A stretch of 58,793 nucleotides of DNA from an uncultured virus (IMG/VR IMGVR_UViG_3300040971_000013) (lineage: Duplodnaviria > Heunggongvirae > Uroviricota > Caudoviricetes). Position 1 is the stretch's first letter, and each line of letters begins with the position of its first letter. The position numbers were made by a program, and so were the translations under genes. The DNA lies in the IMG/VR virus record IMGVR_UViG_3300040971_000013. The stretch is one strand, 5' to 3'. The notes below the pieces were generated by a model that searched no databases, was not told where the DNA came from, and worked only from the letters and a program-made list of their open reading frames with translations. Positions 16,658 through 26,504 of this stretch are shown here, one piece after another.

Positions 16658-18400
16658 ATGATTCATGTGATTATTCCTGCGGCTGGCCTTGGTACTCGGA
16701 TGGCTCCTCTGTCATCTGGACTATCCAAAGCTCTAATTCCAGTAAACGGTAAACCCATCATATCTTGGATAGTAAATGAACTGTCTAAATATGATGATCA
16801 GATTGGTTCTATTAATATAATTGAATCTAAACTTGAAGACATTAGTCAATACTTTGACAATATTCAGACTAATGGAATTGCTTCTAAGATCCGGTGTATT
16901 CAACAGGATCCTGCTTTCGGTGGACCTCTTGGGGCTATCTATTCTGCTATTACAGAACTGAATCTAAAAGATGATGATTCAGTTCTTGTCTGGCTTGGTG
17001 ATACTATCTTTGTTGATAGCGAGTTTGATTTTGATAAAGAATCTTTTGTTGTAGTAGACAAGCCAGTAAAGGACACTGAAAGATGGTGCGTTGCATCATT
17101 GTGTCCTGCTGCTCCTTGGATGATAGAAGAACTATTTGATAAAGTCAAGTTTGAAGATATGTATGATCAGAACGAGCTCTATTATCCATTGATCGGAATA
17201 TACTATTTCAAGAATGCTCTAGACTTTTTCAATGCATGTCTTTTTACTATTGAAAACAAAAATGGAAAAATCGGAAACGAATATCAGATTGCTCCATGTA
17301 TCAACAAGTATGCATACGACAAACAAGTAGTAGTCTGTCATGCTGAAGATCGTTGGTATGATTGCGGTGAATTAGATACTTACTATAAATCTTGTGCCCG
17401 GTTATTGAATCTCTCAGCAAGGGAACAGACACTGATTTCTATTGATATTGATAAGCAATGCATTGAAAAAGAATCTAACCCAATGTCTAATAATTATATT
17501 ACAAATTGCTATAAGCTTGATGCTGAAGTATCTTGGTTCAATGCTGCATCTGGATATCAACAAGCATTTGTTCCAACAGTATTAGATCATTCTGTTGATA
17601 AAAGTATTTCCATTCCAAAGATTTGCTCTTATATCATGACATATGAGCCAGGCAAAACAATGTCAGATATGTGGGTCTATGAAAAGATTTCTTCGTCTGC
17701 ATGGAAATCTATTCTAACAAAACTGATTAATACTATTCAGACAGTATTCCATCAGAATGATAATGAATCTGATGATATCTATAAGAATATTGTAAAAGAA
17801 TCTGATAGAAGAAAGTATTTACACGATTTAGAAACAAGACTACATCAAAGAGTACTAGATATTAATGATAATCATGTTAAAATTTCCGATGAAGAATTAG
17901 AACTGATTAAAAAATGGATATCTAAGACTATAGAAAGATTACGGCTTACAAACAATGTAAAGAATGTTATTGTTCAAGGATCTTGTGGTCGTCTTGTTCA
18001 TGGTGATATGCATCTTGGCAATATTCTATATGATGGATTGTCTGGGAAGATTACATTAATTGATCCAAGAGATGCTGCTGGTGAATTGGTTGACAAAAGA
18101 TATGATTATGCAAAACTAATGCAAAGTCTATTTACTGGCTATCATTCTATTATGGATAATATGTATAAAGTTCAAAATGATACTATTGTATTTGATTTGC
18201 GAACACAAGCAATAATGTCTGATAGTATGTGGGTATTGAAACAAAAAATGTCTAACGATGAGTACTATGCATGTCAAATGCTTTCTGTCTTATTGCTGTT
18301 AACTTGTATACCGTTTCATACGGATAACCCACAGCGACAGAAAGCATTCTACATGCGATCAATTGATCTGATGCGTTCTAATGCATATATGTTTCTCTAG
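16658..18400 (+). CDS. sugar-phosphate nucleotidyltransferase fused to aminoglycoside-phosphotransferase-like kinase
   Basis: IPAAGLGTRM.P...K.LIPVNGKP; C-terminal HGDMHLGNI...IDPR...YDYAKL. Confidence 0.88.
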   Translation: MIHVIIPAAGLGTRMAPLSSGLSKALIPVNGKPIISWIVNELSKYDDQIGSINIIESKLEDISQYFDNIQTNGIASKIRCIQQDPAFGGPLGAIYSAITELNLKDDDSVLVWLGDTIFVDSEFDFDKESFVVVDKPVKDTERWCVASLCPAAPWMIEELFDKVKFEDMYDQNELYYPLIGIYYFKNALDFFNACLFTIENKNGKIGNEYQIAPCINKYAYDKQVVVCHAEDRWYDCGELDTYYKSCARLLNLSAREQTLISIDIDKQCIEKESNPMSNNYITNCYKLDAEVSWFNAASGYQQAFVPTVLDHSVDKSISIPKICSYIMTYEPGKTMSDMWVYEKISSSAWKSILTKLINTIQTVFHQNDNESDDIYKNIVKESDRRKYLHDLETRLHQRVLDINDNHVKISDEELELIKKWISKTIERLRLTNNVKNVIVQGSCGRLVHGDMHLGNILYDGLSGKITLIDPRDAAGELVDKRYDYAKLMQSLFTGYHSIMDNMYKVQNDTIVFDLRTQAIMSDSMWVLKQKMSNDEYYACQMLSVLLLLTCIPFHTDNPQRQKAFYMRSIDLMRSNAYMFL

Positions 18401-19137
18401 ACACCTTCATTGATATAAGCAATTGTGAGGTCTCGAACAATTCCTGATCTCACAATATCATCAACACCGAATTCTGTGATACCGATATCATCGATTTCAT
18501 AACGGTCAACAATGTCAATGAATTGTTCTAAACCTGATACTTTAATGTCTCTCTGAGCAAGGTCTCCACAAAAGATCATTTTTGTATTCTGTCCAATACG
18601 TGTAGACAAACATTTGATTTCAGAAAAGTCTAATTGCTGCGCTTCATCAACAATGACAATGGTATTTTCGAAGTTTCGTCCACGCATTGTTTCCATGGGT
18701 TCTAGAATGATTTTAGGGCGTTCGCCGTGCATCCATGTATTGACAACGTTTGATCCGGCGAATTGTTTAGCATATGTTAACATCTGTTGAATCCAAGGAA
18801 GCATTTTTTCGTAGATGTCTCCAGGGAAGAAACCCATTGTTTTACCAGTTGGAACAGCAGCTCGACAGAGGACAAGGCGTTCAAAGTTACCTAGAGCAAG
18901 TTGTTGAATTGCATAGCCGATAGCAAGAAATGTTTTACCTGCACCCGGTGCTCCCTGACCGACAATAATAGTATCTTTACGTAATGATTTTAGAAATAGA
19001 AGTTGATTTTCAGTCTGTGGAGTAATAGATATTTGAAAGCGAGGTTCTGATGATAGAAATTTTTCATGAGATTTACGTTTCTTTGATTTGTCGGATTCAC
19101 GCACACATTCTAGAGTTTCAGCCTTTTTTCTACCCAT
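18397..19137 (-). CDS. phoH: PhoH-like ATPase
   Basis: GAPGAGKT, MRGRNF, IVDEAQ, GD..Q.D, DIVRS. Confidence 0.95.
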   Translation of the reverse strand: MGRKKAETLECVRESDKSKKRKSHEKFLSSEPRFQISITPQTENQLLFLKSLRKDTIIVGQGAPGAGKTFLAIGYAIQQLALGNFERLVLCRAAVPTGKTMGFFPGDIYEKMLPWIQQMLTYAKQFAGSNVVNTWMHGERPKIILEPMETMRGRNFENTIVIVDEAQQLDFSEIKCLSTRIGQNTKMIFCGDLAQRDIKVSGLEQFIDIVDRYEIDDIGITEFGVDDIVRSGIVRDLTIAYINEGV

Positions 19138-19161
19138 TTGATTTCCTTAATGATATTTTAG

Positions 19162-19190
19162 TTGACATATAGAGCCAACTTGATTATATT
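19162..19190 (+). promoter_or_regulatory. sigma70-type promoter
   Basis: TTGACA-N17-TATATT. Confidence 0.7.
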
Positions 19191-19220
19191 TATTAATCAT
19201 CAAAACAAAAGGAGCCTTTA

Positions 19221-19541
19221 ATGAATCAAGTAGTATTAATGAAAATGACCAACGGTGAAGAAGTTCTAGCAACTGTTGTAGCTGCGACTGGCGAGACCGT
19301 ATCTGTTACTCACCCAATGTGTATTATGCCGAATCCCGATCAGCCTGGTGCTCTGATGATCTTTCCCTGGTCTGTTGTAACTGTTGATCGGAATAAGACT
19401 GTTGAAGTTACAGTTAATCGGTCAGCGATGGTTTTTATTGTTGACGAAATTCCAGCCAACATTGAAAAGTTTTACCGTGAACAGACGTCTGGAATTATTA
19501 TGGATTCCAGTTCTATGAATAACACCAAACTAATTCTCTAG
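19221..19541 (+). CDS. conserved T4-like Sm-fold protein
   Basis: LMKMTNGEEVLA...P...PW...Y....SGI pattern. Confidence 0.65.
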   Translation: MNQVVLMKMTNGEEVLATVVAATGETVSVTHPMCIMPNPDQPGALMIFPWSVVTVDRNKTVEVTVNRSAMVFIVDEIPANIEKFYREQTSGIIMDSSSMNNTKLIL

Positions 19542-19551
19542 GAGTATATCA

Positions 19552-19845
19552 ATGGCAAAACAGAAAAAAGTTAAAGTAGAATGGGGTGGAATGCCTACTT
19601 CTGATGGTGATCTAAAGGTCATCAAAGCTTCTATCGATGGTACTTTTGATATTGTAAAAGATATCGAGAACGCAAAGGATGATCTGACTGATTATTTCAA
19701 AGAACTACATGAAAAGTTTGGAATGCCGCGTCGTGTATTCAACTTTCTTGTGCGGACTAACTACAAAGGTAATGCGTCTGAAGTAATTGATAAGAACTCT
19801 GAACTTGAAGAAGCATATGATGCACTGCAGAAGGTAGTTCTTTAA
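19552..19845 (+). CDS. dsbA: dsDNA-binding protein (T4 DsbA-like)
   Basis: FN.LV..YK motif; synteny dsbA-33-59-32. Confidence 0.7.
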   Translation: MAKQKKVKVEWGGMPTSDGDLKVIKASIDGTFDIVKDIENAKDDLTDYFKELHEKFGMPRRVFNFLVRTNYKGNASEVIDKNSELEEAYDALQKVVL

Positions 19846-20120
19846 TGAATATGACACTATCTGAGATTCAGAAGAATTCTGCGCAGCTAGATAGTGAAGA
19901 TCTACAACTTTATGTTACGAATGCTGTGCAATCTGGAGAGTGTGAATCTTATTTCGAAGCTCTCCAGAACTATATGGAAGAAAATGATATTGAAGATACC
20001 AACATCAAAAAATATCTTTCTCCAGCTCTATACGATATTCTATTTAAGGAATGCGCTAATAAAGGCGTTCTAACAGAGAAGTTGAATGATATTAGTATAG
20101 ATGAGTTTATGGATGACTGA
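19845..20120 (+). CDS. 33: late transcription co-activator gp33
   Basis: Y.EA...Y.EENDIE....K.LSP.L; synteny. Confidence 0.75.
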   Translation: MNMTLSEIQKNSAQLDSEDLQLYVTNAVQSGECESYFEALQNYMEENDIEDTNIKKYLSPALYDILFKECANKGVLTEKLNDISIDEFMDD

Positions 20121-20706
20121 TCAGCTTCTACAAGATCCGTTCACACTGTTTAAGAAATATGTTGCTGTAAAAGCTCATTTTACATCTGAGTTTCTCTATC
20201 ATAACTATGGTGGTAACATACGCATTACTACCAAAGCATTCTATAAAAGGAAGGACCGAGTTCTTTTTGAGTATCTTGCGAAGACTCTAACTAAAAATGA
20301 AACGGTTCCTTACTTTGTTGCTCAGATAGTATATTCTAATAACATGTATATAGCGGATCTTTTAGAATCGGTTGAGAAGTCAAATCGGATATACGATGAA
20401 TGGCTTGATCGGATGATGAATATTCGGACAAACTTTAAACGTGACTTGCAGGTGATCAAATCAGAATCATCTAAACGAGAAATGTTTAAAGTCGAAGATA
20501 CTGATGATCATCCATTCATGTTTAAACTATACATACGGAGGATCATTACACCAGAAAGTTATTGCTTGCTTAATGATGCTATTGGACAATTGGATATGGA
20601 TCATCATGACGGACTTGTGACTACCAACAATTTCAAAATGAAAAAATACCGATACTTTTTGAAAATAGACTCAGCAGAAGTAAAAGAAATGATGAGATTG
20701 ACTTGA
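20101..20706 (+). CDS. 59: helicase loader gp59
   Basis: YVAVKAHF...Y.G...F.KRKDR..FE.L. Confidence 0.88.
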   Translation: MSLWMTDQLLQDPFTLFKKYVAVKAHFTSEFLYHNYGGNIRITTKAFYKRKDRVLFEYLAKTLTKNETVPYFVAQIVYSNNMYIADLLESVEKSNRIYDEWLDRMMNIRTNFKRDLQVIKSESSKREMFKVEDTDDHPFMFKLYIRRIITPESYCLLNDAIGQLDMDHHDGLVTTNNFKMKKYRYFLKIDSAEVKEMMRLT

Positions 20707-20718
20707 TTTAGAACACCG

Positions 20719-20726
20719 TATAAATA
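20719..20726 (+). promoter_or_regulatory. T4-type late promoter upstream of gene 32
   Basis: TATAAATA. Confidence 0.7.
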
Positions 20727-20801
20727 GATCTATCAATGGGCAAAACATTAAACCGAAGAGCGAAATGCCAAGGTACCTACGTATAGCCCGGGAGTGATAA
20801 T

Positions 20802-21364
20802 ATGTCATTTGCAGCGTTTAAAAAGAAAAGAAATGCGACCGAGATCCTTGAGAAGATGCAGAAGCCAGCTAAATCTTATGAGAAATCTGAGTTTTACTAT
20901 CCTGTCATCGACAAAGAAAAGGGTACTGCCTCCGCTATTATTCGTTTCCTTCCTGGAAAGAATACCGACCTTCCCTATGTAACAGTTTATTCTCACCGTT
21001 TTAAAGGCGATGACAATCGTTGGATGTTTGTTGATCTGTGTGCTACTACCATCGGTAAAGAATGTGGTGTTTGTGCTGCTAACAAGATTCTATGGGAATC
21101 TGAACAGGAGGCAAAGCGCAAGATTGCATCTGCACGGAAACGTGATCGCAAGTATATCTTCAACGTTTTGATTGTACAGGATTCCATGCAGCCAGAGCTT
21201 GAAGGAACCGTTCAGCCGTATGCTTGTGGACAGACCATCTTTGATCTGATTACTTCTGCTATGAAACCTGAGTTCGAAGGCGAAGAACTAAAGGATCCTT
21301 TTGATATTGATGAAGGCAACAACTTCATGCTTCGTATTCGTCGTGATCCTGCTAAGAACAACCA
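20802..21364 (+). CDS. 32: single-stranded DNA-binding protein gp32 (truncated by gap)
   Basis: AIIRFLP, H.F...C.TTIG..C.VC zinc site, PFD..EG.NF.L. Confidence 0.93.
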
Positions 21365-21464
21365 NNNNNNNNNNNNNNNNNNNNNNNNNNNNNNNNNNNN
21401 NNNNNNNNNNNNNNNNNNNNNNNNNNNNNNNNNNNNNNNNNNNNNNNNNNNNNNNNNNNNNNNN
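21365..21464. other. assembly gap (100 N)
   Basis: run of N. Confidence 1.
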
Positions 21465-23113
21465 GTTTCATTTGCTTGTTGTGTTTTCAATCCAGCAACC
21501 ATGTCTTTGTATGTATACGGCTTTAATGATTCTACAAGTTTCTTTTTACTATCCTGGTCTAACAATTCAAAAGGTTTTGTTTGAACTTGTGGTTTAGTTC
21601 CTGGAACATCAATCGGATCATATATTGTTTGTTTTTTTGTTGGTGGAGCTTCCAGTTTCATCGGCTCTTCTTTAGGCGTTATAACCTTCTTTACCCAATC
21701 TGGAAGAATCTCATATAGTTTATCAAATACTTTTTTAAATAAATCTGTCACCGGTTTGATAAAGAATTCTTGTATAGTATCAGTGATAGTAGTAAAAGCG
21801 TTCTTAAATGGTGAAATGATATTGTCGAATGTCAAAGATGAAAGAGATTCAAACCCTGATGTAATAGGAGCAATTACAGATTCATGAAAGAGATTCTTCA
21901 AAAATGTATATGCTTCGACAGCAGGATCTGATACATATTGCTTAAACAATCCTTGAAGATATGAATAACCTTCTATTACTGGATTCACAATATACTTCAT
22001 TGCTAAACCAGATACATATTCGTATCCTTCCTGAGTCTTCGTGATAAACCATTCATATCCATCAGAGATCTTCTGAACTGAATATTCATACCCATCTGAT
22101 ACAAACTGCTTGAAGCCTTCATATCCTTCAATAGCCCAATCCTTCATAGAATTCCAAGCTTCTGCTGTTTTCTCTGAAAGATAGTTGAATCCTTCTACTG
22201 CTTTTAGTTTTATATTGTCAAAAGCTTCAAAAACAAAATCTTTCACTGCGATGATCTGGTCTTCGAATTTCTTATAGACATAACTAAGGCCTGATAGAAT
22301 AAGCATTCCTAGAGGAACAAGAAGCATTCCTTTCAAGAGCATTAGAACACCCTTGGAGAATACACCCATAAATCCTTTGGTGAATTTCCCAAAGAAACTT
22401 GTAGAGCCAGATAGACCTGCTGCAGCATCTGCGCCTGCACGAACTCGTTCTATTCTGTTTCCAGTAGTTGTGATATCGCCGTCTCGAACAATTGGAGATT
22501 CTCGTTCTTCTATCTGAGATTGTCCTTCTTCTTGAGCGTCTCGAATAGCAGAGAAAACTGATTCAGCAACTTCTGTCTGTAACTTCTCTGCTCTTTCTCT
22601 TTTAGTCTTTCGATTCTCCATGAAGTTAGAAGCAAAGTCTCCTATACGAGTTGACAAATAACTAAAGATCGGAGGCATATCAGTAAAGACGGTTGACAGT
22701 ACACCAGTTACATCACCGATTCTTTTGACAAATTGATTGCCCATCCGATCAAAAATAGACGTTGCTGATTTCATTGAATCTATAGCAGAATTGTATGCAG
22801 CAAGAGCAACTTCTTTTTCTTTGTCTGTAGCAAATACTGAATCTTTGATAGCTGTCTTGATATACTCAAATGATTTAATCTGATCCGCTCGTTCTGACAT
22901 AGAAGATCTTGAAGCTTCCTGTAACTGGTCAGCTATATTCGTCATGATAACATTGAAAGCAGCAGAGTTCCGTTTTAGATCTCCTGCAACTAACTTCTGT
23001 GACTCACGAATCCGTAACTCAACAGACTTCATTGAGTTACCAGCTTTCTCTCGTTCTATAGCTTCCTGTATAGTTGTTTCACCATTGTTGTTTTCTGGTC
23101 TTGGTAGTGCCAT
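21465..23113 (-). CDS. tape-measure-like protein (3' end lost in gap)
   Basis: helical, periodic aromatic repeats, hydrophobic segment; follows frameshifted chaperone-like gene. Confidence 0.6.
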
Positions 23114-23137
23114 TTTAATATCCTTTTATCCGGTACA

Positions 23138-23302
23138 CTAAGTGTCATCTTTATCAGATTGTATCAAGCCAACTAATAGTTCCAATTCAAAGGGGATTAG
23201 ATCATATAAATCTGAATACGAAATTCCCCTATATTTGTTTATAGAATATAGTAGCTTGTATTGGTCTAATAAACTTACCCCAGCGTACCTACTTCGAAAA
23301 AA
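23138..23302 (-). CDS. -1 frameshift extension of gp51-like protein
   Basis: no plausible start of its own after T TTT TTC slippery site; YSDLYDLIPFELEL motif. Confidence 0.6.
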   Translation of the reverse strand, partial: FFRSRYAGVSLLDQYKLLYSINKYRGISYSDLYDLIPFELELLVGLIQSDKDDT

Positions 23303-24009
23303 CTTTCTACACCTCTGTAATCCAGTTCTTCTTCCACATGACACTTCGGACATTTGATCTTGACTTTTAGAACAGCGTCTGGCATCTGCGAGAAAAAGTC
23401 TTTAAAACGTTTCAGAGCATCTTCTGGCAGAGCAAGAACCCATTCATAGATCTCATCATCAGAGAAATCAGTATATACTTCATCTTCCTGATAGACAGAA
23501 TCAATACTATATGCATAAAGCCTCATATTGTATTCTATTTCATCTGTAGAGTGTTTCTTAGCCTTACGAATAGTTGCAATCGATGGATATATCAATTTCA
23601 TTTTGATAGATTCATCTACATCAACTAGAGTATTCTGAGTGACACCCTCAATCTTAACATCATTCAGATCAATTGGTACTGTGAATTTCGTTCCACATTT
23701 TGTTCCATCTTCTAATAGATTATTACAGAGTAAAGCTGCAGAGGTGATAGATCCTTTTGAGATTCCGATAATAGCAATGAATGCAATTACAAGATCTGGC
23801 ATTGCAAGTTGATCTATACGAATAGAATCATCATCAATGCAATTACTAATCATCTGTATAATAGAATCTTCAATGTCTTCTGATCCGCCAGCTTCTTTTG
23901 CTAGTAATAGAGCCTTCTCTTCTTTCAGAGTGATCGCTCGAATTCTAACAGTCTTTCCCAATATAGGAAGATCACATTTAGTCGTTGGTAACGTAACTTT
24001 AGGTAACAC
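23275..24009 (-). CDS. baseplate hub assembly protein (gp51/gp26-like)
   Basis: LPK..LP...IR..T.KEEK.LL.A; CPKC...G..SFF. Confidence 0.85.
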   Translation of the reverse strand: MLPKVTLPTTKCDLPILGKTVRIRAITLKEEKALLLAKEAGGSEDIEDSIIQMISNCIDDDSIRIDQLAMPDLVIAFIAIIGISKGSITSAALLCNNLLEDGTKCGTKFTVPIDLNDVKIEGVTQNTLVDVDESIKMKLIYPSIATIRKAKKHSTDEIEYNMRLYAYSIDSVYQEDEVYTDFSDDEIYEWVLALPEDALKRFKDFFSQMPDAVLKVKIKCPKCHVEEELDYRGVESFFEVGTLG

Positions 24010-24591
24010 CTATGCCTCCAATTTTCTTGTATAAAGTAGTTTGTATTGTCTATAGTTAACTGATGCTGAAAAGGTCTGGACTTCTGTTGCTTCATTATGA
24101 GACAGTTGCAATCCGCCGTATGAAATCAGATTGCAGTAGTTGAACTCATGCATTAGAACTTGATTGTTTGCCTTGTCATACTCAGACACATTGATATCTA
24201 CTACGGTATCGTTAGGGTACGCGTATGCTCGAGTCTGTTGATTATAGATTGCAGCGCCCCAGTTATGAAATGAATCATATTCCTGTCCAGTATTATATAC
24301 AGTCAAATCAAGCTGTCCAAAATCAGCTGAAATGGTTGCATGAGTCTGAGTGCTTGGAATTTGTTTAGTATTGAAATTCACAGTTGGCAGAGCAACTGTA
24401 TTGATCAGCATCCCAATATTAGAATCAAAGATATTCCGCGTTTTGACTCCTACTGGAACGATTCTGATGATATACTTATTGCCAAACAAGAATCCACGTT
24501 TCAGTTCATTGTTTATTGATTCCATCCGGAAGATTTGGATTACTTCCGGACTAAATCTTGAATTGCTTAAATATGCTGTATTGTAATACAT
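24010..24591 (-). CDS. baseplate tail-tube initiator gp54-like
   Basis: tube-fold pattern (LP......F..W...I...Y...I.V..YD); synteny. Confidence 0.6.
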   Translation of the reverse strand: MYYNTAYLSNSRFSPEVIQIFRMESINNELKRGFLFGNKYIIRIVPVGVKTRNIFDSNIGMLINTVALPTVNFNTKQIPSTQTHATISADFGQLDLTVYNTGQEYDSFHNWGAAIYNQQTRAYAYPNDTVVDINVSEYDKANNQVLMHEFNYCNLISYGGLQLSHNEATEVQTFSASVNYRQYKLLYTRKLEA

Positions 24592-24594
24592 AGA

Positions 24595-25146
24595 CTAACC
24601 TCTGTTTCTATCTTTCCATACTGAAGTAGCAGTTGCCTTGTGAAAGTGAGCTAATGGAAGTTCAATTACGTTAATCCATTCATTCATCGGTACTTCAATC
24701 AATTTTGTTCTCATATGCGAAAAAAGGTATCTTTTAAAGCAGTGCTTCCATCTTGAATGAGATAATCCAAGAAGCTTCTTATAAGATATAGTAATATTAT
24801 TTATACTACGACCAGATACAAGTTTTTGAAAGGGGACAAGTTGTTCTAATAGATAGTGTCGTTCTTTGATCGGAAGATAGTGAAAGTTCAGACCATAAAA
24901 TCCACCAGGAGCAGCATCAACCAAAATGATACATGGGTTAGAATCCCAGTACGGTAATTTATCTTTAGTCTTTGCATCATAGACCATTAGATACATTCTA
25001 CCGACCTTTGGTTTAGAAACCTGTTTGACGTTCGGCATTTCATTCTTAATCTTATTGAACAACCAGTTCATGGATCTACGAGCATTTCTTGATACTGTAG
25101 ATTTAGTAATCCCACCAAGGACTTCTTTTGCATATTGATTTATCAT
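24595..25146 (-). CDS. 2: DNA end protector gp2
   Basis: YDAKTKDKLPYWD.NP, GLNFHYLP, KRYL. Confidence 0.92.
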   Translation of the reverse strand: MINQYAKEVLGGITKSTVSRNARRSMNWLFNKIKNEMPNVKQVSKPKVGRMYLMVYDAKTKDKLPYWDSNPCIILVDAAPGGFYGLNFHYLPIKERHYLLEQLVPFQKLVSGRSINNITISYKKLLGLSHSRWKHCFKRYLFSHMRTKLIEVPMNEWINVIELPLAHFHKATATSVWKDRNRG

Positions 25147-25658
25147 TTCTTTTTACCTTTAGCTTTAAATAGATGTCTCTCAGTAACTACACAGAATTCA
25201 AATCCTCTCATCTGACAATACTTTTTAGCAGCTTCCCACTTAGCTTGGTTAACCATATATGTTTTCATCTGTTCTTTGAATTTTGCTTTTGCTTTTTCTG
25301 TTAGCAATCGTTTGACGACTGGTGTAATAGTCTGAGCAAATGGTTTGATCTCTACTAAGAATTTCTTTATGGTACCATCCTTCTGTCTAACAGCAATAAA
25401 GAAGTCGATGAAATACCGGTGTTGTTTGTTATCTATAGGAGATATGTACGGAATGACAACTTCTTCTGATGCATATTGAACAATAGCTGGATTCTCATCA
25501 CACCATTGAATGAATTTTCGTTCCCATGAAGATCTATAGACAATGGATGTAGGATTGCCCATATACTTAGACGGATTCTTCGGACGATAGTATCCCTGAT
25601 GATATCGGCTCTTTCGGGATATCGTCGGTTTTTTTGTAGTACTATTGATATGACTCAT
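25143..25658 (-). CDS. 4: head completion nuclease gp4
   Basis: PKNP.KY.G, YRSSWE, HRYF.DF, EIKP, N.AKW.AA. Confidence 0.93.
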   Translation of the reverse strand: MSHINSTTKKPTISRKSRYHQGYYRPKNPSKYMGNPTSIVYRSSWERKFIQWCDENPAIVQYASEEVVIPYISPIDNKQHRYFIDFFIAVRQKDGTIKKFLVEIKPFAQTITPVVKRLLTEKAKAKFKEQMKTYMVNQAKWEAAKKYCQMRGFEFCVVTERHLFKAKGKKK

Positions 25659-25684
25659 GTATATATTTATTGATCTTGAAACCG

Positions 25685-25784
25685 NNNNNNNNNNNNNNNN
25701 NNNNNNNNNNNNNNNNNNNNNNNNNNNNNNNNNNNNNNNNNNNNNNNNNNNNNNNNNNNNNNNNNNNNNNNNNNNNNNNNNNNN
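25685..25784. other. assembly gap (100 N)
   Basis: run of N. Confidence 1.
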
Positions 25785-25961
25785 TTTTTATGGAAACCTT
25801 CTATAGAAACTAACTGAAAGGAGCGAAGCTAAATCTTTCTGCTGAGGGTCTACCGAAGCAGATGTCCCGAAGGGACAGATCTCATAGAATTTTATTAAAT
25901 CACATAAGTGAATACCTAAAGTAGACGGCTGAAGGGTTTAGCTAAAACTTAGCAGTCTTTA

Positions 25962-26466
25962 AATTTATTTAGACGAGATAGAAAGTATATCTATCAGCTT
26001 ATAGTTAATTAAAAGTATATCTATCAGCCTATAGTTATATTGACGAACTTCTAATCAATAGATGATTTTCAATTTTTATTCTAATTGATCATTCTCCGGT
26101 TCCCTCCGAATGATACCGTCACTAGTTCCTAGTGACAATGGTTTTTAATGGATCCTTTAAATTCTATTCTAAATACCTTTATTGATCCTTATTTCTAGAT
26201 CCAAAACCAATAAATTTATTTCTAAGTGGTTCAATTTATTTAGACGAGATAGAAAGTACATCTATCAGCATATAGTTGATATTGACGAACTTCTAATCAA
26301 TAGATGATTTTCAATTTTTATTCTAAATACCTTTATTGATCGTTATTTCTAGATCCAAAACCAAGGATGTCAATTTCTAAATGGTTAAATTTATTCTAAT
26401 CTCATTCTCCGGTTCCCTCCGAATGACCGTCGCCAGTTCCTGGCTCCGATATTTTTATGGTTCCTT
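25962..26466. repeat. non-coding region of duplicated, shuffled modules (A-B-C-A-C-B)
   Basis: near-identical blocks, e.g. TTTATTTAGACGAGATAGAAAGTA x2, CATTCTCCGGTTCCCTCCGAATGA x2, TTATTTCTAGATCCAAAACCAA x2. Confidence 0.85.
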
Positions 26467-26504
26467 GATTACTATTCTTGAATTATGTCAACCCAACTAG
26501 AAGT

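Noticed and set aside
21212..21597. ORFs read through the N run (gp32 tail, tape-measure tail, 21301-21597)
   Set aside because: Gap artefacts; adjacency and orientation across the gaps are unverified.
25962..26466. Repeats as a CRISPR array
   Set aside because: No regular repeat-spacer period, intervening sequences are themselves duplicated, and there are no cas genes.
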